Shown here one piece after another: positions 24,524 to 31,669 of a DNA stretch of 33,077 bases. The stretch is from Myxococcales bacterium (GTDB taxonomy: Bacteria > Myxococcota_A > UBA9042 > JABWCM01 > BTVJ01). Position numbers and translations under genes: made by a program. The stretch is taken from positions 1 through 33,077 of the forward strand of contig BTVJ01000084.1 in NCBI GenBank assembly GCA_045863395.1. The letters run 5' to 3'. Position 1 is the first letter of the stretch. Every line of letters begins with the position of its first letter. Below the pieces are notes generated by a model. The model was not told where the DNA came from. It made no database searches and saw only the letters and a list, made by a program, of their open reading frames with translations.

Positions 24524-27049
24524 CTACTTCATTGCGCCCGTCTCGAAGAAGCTCAGCCAGGAGGCCAGCAGCGAGCCCGGGCTCTGCGCGCCAGCCTCCA
24601 CGCCGGCGAACAGCACCGACGACGCGATGGAGCGCCCGCCGCCCGGAGCGTCACAGGCCACGGCCACGCCGAAGGGGTCGGCGCCCGCCCGTCTCAGGAC
24701 GGTGACACAGCCCCCTTCGGCCTCGAGCGCATCGACCAGCCCGTTGAGGACGGGGCTCTCGGTGTAGCTCCACGCCTCGCCCTCCAGGGGCCCCGCGCCC
24801 GCGAGGCCCGAGACGGGACCGGTCCCCGGGGTCGCCACCAGCGGGAACCAGGGCTGCAGGATTGCCGGGAGCCCGAGGGAGAACACGTCTCCCTCCAGGT
24901 AGACGCGACCTCCACCCTCCAGGTAGGCCGCGAGCTTGGCCGCCTGGCCGGCGGTGAGGGTCGACACGTCAGGCCACCGCCCCAGAGAGACGAACACCGC
25001 ATCGAAGGGACCCAGGTCCGGGTAGACGGCCAGCGACGGCTGAAGTTGGGCCGCCTTCCCCATCTTCGCCAGGGCCCCCTTGATTGCGCCGGCCCCGGGG
25101 GTCGCTCCCGTCGGAGACCAGATCAGGACCCCGCCCTCGTGCTTCACCACGACGTCAAAGGTCTGGGCGACGCTCAGATTCCCGTCGCTCACGCGCACGG
25201 TCACTGGCCAGACTCCGGCGGCAGAGGTGTCGGGCGCCACCACGAGGGCCACGGCCCAGGAGCCGTCCTGCGCCGAGAAGGTAACTTTCCCCTTGGAGAT
25301 CCAGGAGGGGCCGCTCACGTCGAAGGACAAGGGGTCGTTGTCCGGGTCCTTCGCCTTGATGATCACCGCCTTGGTCTGGCCTGCGGTGACCACCTGCGGG
25401 AGCACCTCTGTCATGAAGGCCGCGGAGCCACCCGGAACCACGAACACGTCGTCGATGGACCAGCTCCACACCCCATAGGTGTTCGAGGTCTTCACGCAGA
25501 ATCTGAGCTGGGCCTTGCTGCCCCCGAGAGTGGCCGAGAGGTTCTTCAGCTCCACTTGGTGAGCCGCGGCAGAGAGATTCGACGTAGCGGTCGCCGCCCA
25601 CAGCACCTTGACGCTGTCCCAGGCGTCCTTCTTGCCCACCTCGACGCGAAGCTCCACCGGGGCTGCCCCCATCTGGTAGGAGAACCAGCTCTTCCACCCC
25701 ATCTGGTGCGTGGGCGCCATCAAGGTGATGGCGGGCGTCGTCACGCAGCTCTCCAGGTCCAGATCCGTGACCCCATTGCCACCGTTGAAGCGCAGCACGT
25801 TTCCGACACCGGGCTGCCCTGCGGGGACCTTGACGACGCTCCAGTGGTTCACCTGCGGAGTCTGGCCCAGCTCGGTGACCTTGAAGCCCAGCTCCGCGAG
25901 GCCCTGACCCACCTGGAGCAAGAACGGCTCCTTGTAGACGATCACGGGCTCGCACCAGACCCAGAAGCCACAGCTCCACGACTCGCAGAACGGCACGGTG
26001 CAGGAGTCTCCGTCGTCAGGACAGTCGGCGGCCGTGAGACACAGCGTCGGACAGAGCGGGTCCATCTTGTGAGCGCACTGGCCGGCTTCGCAGATGTCGA
26101 GCGTGCATGGCGCGCCGTCGTCACACTCGCCATCCTCGGTGCAGCAGCCATCCGTCGGGTCGTATGTGCACTTGCCCAGCTCGCACGCCGTCTTCGCCGT
26201 GCATGGGAGTGGCGGGCAGTCGGCATCCTTGCAGCATGCGCCAGACTTGATCGGGTGGGCGCACGTGTTGGTGGACGCGTCGCAGATGTCCACGGTACAC
26301 CACACTCCGTCGTCACAGTCCCCGTCGGTGATGCAGCAGGTGGGGTCCTTCACGTAGGAGCAGGCCCCGCTCGGGGTGCAGCTCTTGGTGGTGCACGGAT
26401 CCCCATCGGGGCAATCGGCGTCCTCGGCGCACGTCACGCATGTGTTCGCGAGGGGACCGCTCGTCGAGCAGAAGGTCGACCAGGCACAGTCGAGGTCCGA
26501 CTGGCAGCAGCCGCCGCCCCCAGCGGGCGCGTACTTGCACACCTTGTCGTCGACGCCGAAGAGGCACTGCGTGACGTAGCACGCATGGGCAGCGGAGCAC
26601 TCGTCCGTCGTGACACAGGGGTTCGAGACCTGGACCAACACCGAGGCGCGCACCCCCGGACCCGCCAGGAGCGCGCCGTCTGTGTCGACGAGCCACGCGC
26701 CGAGCCGGTGGACCCCGAGCGGGACTTCCTCGAAGGTGAAGGCCGGGCCCACCGACTCGCCCACCTGCGTCGCGTCCACGAACCACCGGATCTGGCCGTC
26801 GGCTCCCAGCGTGAACCCCGTCACCTCCACGGTGACCTCGACATCCACGGGCTCGCTCGACGTGATCGCCACGCCCCCCGTGGGGCTCGTGAACTGGATC
26901 TTCGCGGAGCTCACCGCGCTCTCCGCGACTCCGTATGGAGCAACCTGTGGTATCTCCGGCTCAGCACAGCCTACAAACGTCAGAGTCACGGTGGCCAGCA
27001 GGACGAAGCGCCCCCTGACTCCCCCAATCGACCGCGGATCGTCGCACAT
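24524..27049 (-). CDS. Multidomain surface lipoprotein, paralog B (same architecture as 21859-24354)
   Basis: GGGAGG RBS then MCDD.., lipobox FVG-C, repeats CDDGVWCTVDIC and CDDGAPCTLDIC, WSIDDV, KDPDNDPL..VRVSDG, and YLEGGGRVYLEG. Colinear with paralog A. Confidence 0.88.
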   Translation of the reverse strand: MCDDPRSIGGVRGRFVLLATVTLTFVGCAEPEIPQVAPYGVAESAVSSAKIQFTSPTGGVAITSSEPVDVEVTVEVTGFTLGADGQIRWFVDATQVGESVGPAFTFEEVPLGVHRLGAWLVDTDGALLAGPGVRASVLVQVSNPCVTTDECSAAHACYVTQCLFGVDDKVCKYAPAGGGGCCQSDLDCAWSTFCSTSGPLANTCVTCAEDADCPDGDPCTTKSCTPSGACSYVKDPTCCITDGDCDDGVWCTVDICDASTNTCAHPIKSGACCKDADCPPLPCTAKTACELGKCTYDPTDGCCTEDGECDDGAPCTLDICEAGQCAHKMDPLCPTLCLTAADCPDDGDSCTVPFCESWSCGFWVWCEPVIVYKEPFLLQVGQGLAELGFKVTELGQTPQVNHWSVVKVPAGQPGVGNVLRFNGGNGVTDLDLESCVTTPAITLMAPTHQMGWKSWFSYQMGAAPVELRVEVGKKDAWDSVKVLWAATATSNLSAAAHQVELKNLSATLGGSKAQLRFCVKTSNTYGVWSWSIDDVFVVPGGSAAFMTEVLPQVVTAGQTKAVIIKAKDPDNDPLSFDVSGPSWISKGKVTFSAQDGSWAVALVVAPDTSAAGVWPVTVRVSDGNLSVAQTFDVVVKHEGGVLIWSPTGATPGAGAIKGALAKMGKAAQLQPSLAVYPDLGPFDAVFVSLGRWPDVSTLTAGQAAKLAAYLEGGGRVYLEGDVFSLGLPAILQPWFPLVATPGTGPVSGLAGAGPLEGEAWSYTESPVLNGLVDALEAEGGCVTVLRRAGADPFGVAVACDAPGGGRSIASSVLFAGVEAGAQSPGSLLASWLSFFETGAMK

Positions 27050-27169
27050 GGTGGGCCTCCCTGCGTGGAGAGGCGCCGCTGGGAGGCCGTCGCTCCCGGG
27101 CCGGCGCGCTGCACATCGCTCACTCTCCACCAGTAGCCGCAACGGGTGGCGCAGGCAAGCGGCAAGTTC
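27050..27169 (-). repeat. Upstream leader copy 2 (120 bp), direct repeat of 24355-24474
   Basis: Same alignment as copy 1. Identity stops abruptly after gttc at 27169. Confidence 0.95.
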
Positions 27170-27347
27170 CTGCCCGCTGGACCAATTCAGCAGCATGAAA
27201 CCGAGGCCAGGTAGCGTGCAACGTTTTCGCGTTCATCCACCACGGCCAGGCCATGAACCGTGACACACTCGAAGCCCCTGAGCTGGGCCGATCCGGTCGG
27301 CCCCGGACGCCGTACCAAGTACACAACCCCTTCGAGGAGAAGAGAGC

Positions 27348-27767
27348 ATGAGCACCACAGAGCAGAACCTCGAGACCGTCCGCAGCATCTACGCCGCCTT
27401 CGGCAAGGGCGACGTGCCCGCCATCCTGGAGCTTCTGAGCGATGACGTTGCCTGGGACGCCGACCACACGCACACGGGAGACATCCCGTGGCTCCGCCCG
27501 GGCCACGGCAAGGCCCACGTGGTCGAGTTCTTCCAGACCTTGGGCGCTGGCGCCGAGTTTCACGCCTTCGAGCCCATCGCCATCCTCGGCAATGAGCTCT
27601 GGGTCACGACGATCCTGCGCGTAGAGTTCACGGTTCGCGCGACGGGCAAGCGGGTCGCGGAGCCCTCTGAGGTCCACATCTTCGGTTTCGGGTCCGACGG
27701 AAAGGTCAGCTCCTTCAGGCACTCCGTGGACACGCGTCAGCACGCGGAGGCCGCTGGGGTGCTGTGA
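27348..27767 (+). CDS. SnoaL-like / NTF2-fold protein (ketosteroid isomerase-like)
   Basis: VRSIYAAFGKGDVPAILELLSDDVAW..GHGKAHVVEFF..GKR..HIF..DGKV. GAGGAG RBS. Confidence 0.9.
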   Translation: MSTTEQNLETVRSIYAAFGKGDVPAILELLSDDVAWDADHTHTGDIPWLRPGHGKAHVVEFFQTLGAGAEFHAFEPIAILGNELWVTTILRVEFTVRATGKRVAEPSEVHIFGFGSDGKVSSFRHSVDTRQHAEAAGVL

Positions 27768-27890
27768 CTACCTGGGAGCGACGGTCCGGGCCCTTGCCAA
27801 CGGCGCGCTGCCCGGCGCTTCTACGTGCTGGTCGGCTGGCCGCCCCTGTCGGTGGCTGTTGACCCCGCAGCAGCAACGTGAGCTGCCAGG

Positions 27891-29138
27891 TCAGCGCGCC
27901 GCCCGCACCCGGTCGGGCCCGACGCACTCATCCCAGCTCGCGTCGTAGCCAACGTAGTGGATGCACGACGACTCCCCCTCCTTGCGCATGACGAGGGCCG
28001 GCCACCACCGGCCGCCCCACTCCACCTCCACCGCGTCGAGGCGCCGGCCCTCCTGGTGGGGGCCCACGATTCGGTCCGAGAGCACCCACTCGTCCCAGGT
28101 GTCGGACCAGCCCGGGTAGCCGATCCAGTGGAAGTCTCCGTCCGTGCCCTTGACCCGGGCCTCGTAGACCTTGCCCTCCCAGGTGACGTCGACGGCCGCC
28201 CCCACCGGGTAGCGCTTCCAGGAGCGCGGTCGCATTGCGGCGGGCTCCACCTCCAGATCCACCTTGTCCGTGTAGCGGTAGAGCTGCACCCGGGGCTTCT
28301 GCCCGCTCGCGACGACCCGGGCCGCCTCCCAGCCCCGGTCCGTCTGCACCTCCACGTAGGCACCCGCCCCGCTGGGGCGCCCGCCCCGCGCCCGCGCCAG
28401 CGCCAGGCCGGGTGGGACACCACACAGCGCCTCGCCTGCGCGCTGGCGCTCCCGGCCCGCCATGGCGTCGCGCACCTCGGCGCCCAGCTCGCCGAGCGTG
28501 ACCGTGCCGTCGCCGTCCCGGTCGCCCATGGCCTCGCCCCGGAGGGCGTCGATGACAGTCTGGGTGAAGGTCCAGTTGTCCGTCGAGGCGCTGGCGAGGT
28601 CCGCCGACGTGATCGCCGCCGCCGGGATCCCCCGCTGCGCCAGGGCCCGCGCCACGTGCATCAGGGCGCCCGAGTGGCAGCAGTCCGCCCAGAGGAGGAC
28701 GCGGCGCCCGCGAAAGTCGCGGAGGAGCTCGGCGAGCTCCTGCGCAACCAGCCCCGTCGCCAGCGCGTCCCGCGAGCGCACGTCCCAGGTCGCGAACACC
28801 ACGCGGCCGTCCTCCTGCCTCATGCCGTGGCCGGCGTAGTAGAAGACGAAGGTGTCGCCGGGCTCCGCAAGCGCCGCCGTGCGCGCGATCTCGCCCCGCA
28901 CGCGCGCCGTGGTCGCCTCGGCGTCCAGGATCAGCGCCAGCCGCTCCGGCGACGCGCCGCGGGACACGAGCAGCGCGTGGAGCTCCTGGTCCTTGCGCCG
29001 CTCCACGGAGTAGGTCGTAAGGCTCGTGTCCTCCCAGCTCAGGACCCCCGCGATCACGCCGACGAGGCGGCTCGTGTCCAGGGTCTCGGCGTGGGCGGTG
29101 GTGGCGACGAGGAGCAGCAGGACCAGGGTTCTCATCAT
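27891..29138 (-). CDS. Secreted caspase-family (C14) peptidase with C-terminal Tudor/Agenet/chromo-barrel-like repeats
   Basis: Signal peptide (..TAHA), catalytic dyad YYAGHG and ADCCHSG, EF-hand-like DRDGDGTVTLGEL, and repeats WIGYPGWSDTWDEWV and IHYVGYDASWDECV. Confidence 0.9.
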   Translation of the reverse strand: MMRTLVLLLLVATTAHAETLDTSRLVGVIAGVLSWEDTSLTTYSVERRKDQELHALLVSRGASPERLALILDAEATTARVRGEIARTAALAEPGDTFVFYYAGHGMRQEDGRVVFATWDVRSRDALATGLVAQELAELLRDFRGRRVLLWADCCHSGALMHVARALAQRGIPAAAITSADLASASTDNWTFTQTVIDALRGEAMGDRDGDGTVTLGELGAEVRDAMAGRERQRAGEALCGVPPGLALARARGGRPSGAGAYVEVQTDRGWEAARVVASGQKPRVQLYRYTDKVDLEVEPAAMRPRSWKRYPVGAAVDVTWEGKVYEARVKGTDGDFHWIGYPGWSDTWDEWVLSDRIVGPHQEGRRLDAVEVEWGGRWWPALVMRKEGESSCIHYVGYDASWDECVGPDRVRAAR

Positions 29139-29257
29139 CTCGCGTGACCTCCAAGCGTTGGAACATAGCAGGCGGGCTCACCCCGCCACCAGGGCGCGGC
29201 CGCGCGAGGACGCCGGCAGCCGCGGCATGTTCACGGCGGCGTGCGGATCCATGTTTC

Positions 29258-29295
29258 GATAACAAGATAAACTTACCCTATTTTCTTTTGTCATC
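29258..29295. promoter_or_regulatory. AT-rich imperfect palindrome, candidate transcription-factor operator
   Basis: GATAACAAGATAAACTTACCCTATTTTCTTTTGTCATC. The arms GATAACAA/TTGTCATC match 7/8. It is the most AT-rich stretch I noticed in the window and lies between divergent genes. Confidence 0.55.
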
Positions 29296-29377
29296 GCCCG
29301 CGGTATACATCTCCCCATCGGCGGCCCTCACCGGGGAGGCGCCGCCAGACAGACCGAGACGGCACGGAGGCCCCCCC

Positions 29378-30322
29378 ATGACGGAGTTGCACTGGTCCAC
29401 ATTGCTGATGGAGGACCACCAGGTCACAGAGAAGGTGTTCGCCACGCTGGACAAGTCCTTTGCCGGAGGGGCGAGCCCGGACCCGGCGCTGATCCGGGAC
29501 GCCGTCGCCTACCTGGTCGAGTATGTGGAGGGCTGCCACAACCGCAAGGAGGAGGAGCACCTGTTCTCACGGCTGGAGGCGCTCGGGATGCCGCGCCAGG
29601 GCGGCCCCCTCGCCGTGATGCTCATGGAGCACGAGCGCGCCAAGGCGCTGCTCGCCCGCATCCGCCCGCTGTCCGCCGCCTACGTGGGGGGCGACGCCAG
29701 CGCGCTCCCCCAGCTCCGGCGCTTCTGCACCGAGTACACGACCCTCATGAAGGACCACTTCTGGAAGGAGAACGACATCCTCTACCCCATGGCGCGCCGC
29801 TTCCTGTCCGGGGCGGACGACGCCGCGGTCCTCGCCGGCATCGAGGACGTGGAGGAATCGCTCGGGCCCGACACCCGCAAGCGCTGGTACGCCCACGCGG
29901 ACCGGGTCTGCTCGTCGCTGAAGGACCTCGCACACGGCCTCGACCGGGGCGTGCTCGCCGCCATGCTCAACACGCTCCCCATCGAGCTGTCGTTCATCGA
30001 CGCGGACGACACGGTCCGGTACTTCAGCCACGAGGACCAGGAGAAGATCTTCCCGCGGCTGCGGAGCGCCATCGGCACGAACGTGCGCAACTGCCACCCG
30101 CAGAAGAGCCTCCACATGGTCGAGCAGATCATCGCCGACTTCAGGAACGGCGCCCGGGACGTGGCGGAGTTCTGGCTCGATTTTCAGGGGAGGAAGGTCC
30201 ACGTGCGGTACTTCCCGGTGCGCGACAAGGCGGGCACCTACCTGGGCACCATGGAGACCGTGCAGGACATTACGGCGATCCAGGCGCTCACCGGGCAGAA
30301 GCGGCTGCTGGACCCGGCGTGA
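29378..30322 (+). CDS. Hemerythrin (HHE) plus PAS domain protein (DUF438-like)
   Basis: EDH, CHNRKEEEHLF, MLMEH, DHFWKENDILYP, then LNTLPIELSFIDADDTVRYFS..IGTNVRNCHP..AEFW. Start ATG 29378 after GGAGG. Confidence 0.9.
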   Translation: MTELHWSTLLMEDHQVTEKVFATLDKSFAGGASPDPALIRDAVAYLVEYVEGCHNRKEEEHLFSRLEALGMPRQGGPLAVMLMEHERAKALLARIRPLSAAYVGGDASALPQLRRFCTEYTTLMKDHFWKENDILYPMARRFLSGADDAAVLAGIEDVEESLGPDTRKRWYAHADRVCSSLKDLAHGLDRGVLAAMLNTLPIELSFIDADDTVRYFSHEDQEKIFPRLRSAIGTNVRNCHPQKSLHMVEQIIADFRNGARDVAEFWLDFQGRKVHVRYFPVRDKAGTYLGTMETVQDITAIQALTGQKRLLDPA

Positions 30323-30347
30323 CGGACACTGCGAGCGCTGCTACCAT
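30319..30347 (+). promoter_or_regulatory. Putative promoter giving a near-leaderless transcript of the sugar dehydrogenase gene
   Basis: GTGACG-N17-TACCAT with a TG extension, 8 nt before ATG 30356. No SD sequence. Confidence 0.4.
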
Positions 30348-30355
30348 CGCGCCCC

Positions 30356-31492
30356 ATGGGCACGGTCAAGCAGCGCGTCGTCCTCGGCGTCCTGGTGGTG
30401 GTCCTCGCGGCGGCGCTCTGGTGGCGGCTTCGGCCGGGGGGCGCTCACGACGCGCCCCACGGGGAGGAGCCCCCACCCATTGCCGCCACCCTGGAGGTGG
30501 TCGCCTCGGGGCTGAAGCAACCCCTGGGAGTCATCGCGCTCCCTCGTGACCCTGCCGAGCGCCTGCTGGTCGTCGAGAAGGGCGGCCTCGTGCGGGTGCT
30601 GGGCGCAGGTGGGCCGGAGCCAGCGCCCTGGCTCGACGTGTCCGACCGGATCTCTCGCGGCGGGGAGCAGGGGCTCCTGGGGCTGGCGCTCCACCCTCGC
30701 TGGCCCGACGACCCGCGCGTCTACATCAGCTACACCGACGCCGAGGGCGGCTCGCGGGTAGAGGAGCTCCGGGGCCCCGGCAGTAGCCCGCCGGACCCCG
30801 CCCCGGCACGCACCCTGCTGGCGCTGCCCCAACCCTACGCCAACCACAACGGCGGCCACATCACGTTCGGGCCCGACGGCGCCCTGTGGCTGGGCCTCGG
30901 CGACGGCGGCTCCGGCGGGGACCCGCACGGCAACGGGCAGAACCCCGCGACGCTCCTCGGCGCCCTGGTGTCCTTCGACGTGGACGGCGACCCGCGCCCC
31001 CGGGTCCGGGTCCACGGCCTGCGCAACCCGTGGCGCTTCGCGTTCGGACCTGGGGGAGACCTCTACATCGCCGACGTGGGTCAGAACGCCTGGGAGGAGG
31101 TCACGGTCCTCCCCGCTCACGGAATCGACGGCGCCAACCTCGGGTGGAACGTCATGGAGGGCGCCCACTGCTTCGGCGACCGCGCCTGCGACCCCGCCCC
31201 CTACGTGGCGCCGGCGGTGGAGTATGGCCACGACGCCGGGTGCTCCGTGACGGGCGGCCTGGTCATCCGGGACCCGGCGCTCCCTGCGCTGGCCGGCGCG
31301 TACATCTATGGCGACTTCTGCAGCGGGCGCCTGTGGACCTTCCGCTGGGGCGGCGCCGTATCGGACCACTGGGAGTGGACCGCCACGCTGGGTGCGGTGC
31401 CCTCGGTCGCCGCCTTTGGAGAGGACGCCCGAGGTCGCCTGCTGCTCGTCACCCTGGACGGGAGCATCAAGCGCTTGGTTCCAAGCCGCTGA
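30356..31492 (+). CDS. PQQ-dependent sugar dehydrogenase (glucose/sorbosone dehydrogenase family)
   Basis: N-terminal TM/signal, then GEQGLLGLALHP, NHNGGHITFGPDG..GDGG, GLRNPWR, ADVGQNAWEE and SVTGG..YIYGDF. Confidence 0.92.
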   Translation: MGTVKQRVVLGVLVVVLAAALWWRLRPGGAHDAPHGEEPPPIAATLEVVASGLKQPLGVIALPRDPAERLLVVEKGGLVRVLGAGGPEPAPWLDVSDRISRGGEQGLLGLALHPRWPDDPRVYISYTDAEGGSRVEELRGPGSSPPDPAPARTLLALPQPYANHNGGHITFGPDGALWLGLGDGGSGGDPHGNGQNPATLLGALVSFDVDGDPRPRVRVHGLRNPWRFAFGPGGDLYIADVGQNAWEEVTVLPAHGIDGANLGWNVMEGAHCFGDRACDPAPYVAPAVEYGHDAGCSVTGGLVIRDPALPALAGAYIYGDFCSGRLWTFRWGGAVSDHWEWTATLGAVPSVAAFGEDARGRLLLVTLDGSIKRLVPSR

Positions 31493-31593
31493 GCCGCGAC
31501 ACGACGGGAACTTTCTCTACACGCACCACTCAGCGCGCCCCGAGTCCGCCGGAATTGTCATTTTGTATCTGACACTTACGAATCCGCTCGCGG

Positions 31594-31608
31594 TGGCTCG
31601 GTTCTTGC
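31594..31608 (+). promoter_or_regulatory. sigma54 (-24/-12) promoter candidate
   Basis: TGGCTCGGTTCTTGC matches TGGCAC-N5-TTGC with one mismatch and exact GG-N10-GC spacing, about 60 nt before ATG 31670. Confidence 0.65.
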
Positions 31609-31669
31609 CCCATGCTGCCCCCGAGACGCGACTACCCTGCCGCACCGGCGGCTCGTGAAGGAGGCTCCC

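Noticed and set aside
12632..27136. Very long antisense or alternate-frame ORFs (12632-15220, 17283-20345, 21892-23739, 24296-27136; likewise 4220-6547 and 8818-10647)
   Set aside because: These are expected stop-poor shadow frames in very GC-rich DNA. Each lies opposite a gene with recognisable motifs and has none itself.
29144..29377. N-terminal extension of the hemerythrin-PAS ORF
   Set aside because: It runs through the AT-rich regulatory island. ATG 29378 has a GGAGG RBS and starts at the domain boundary.
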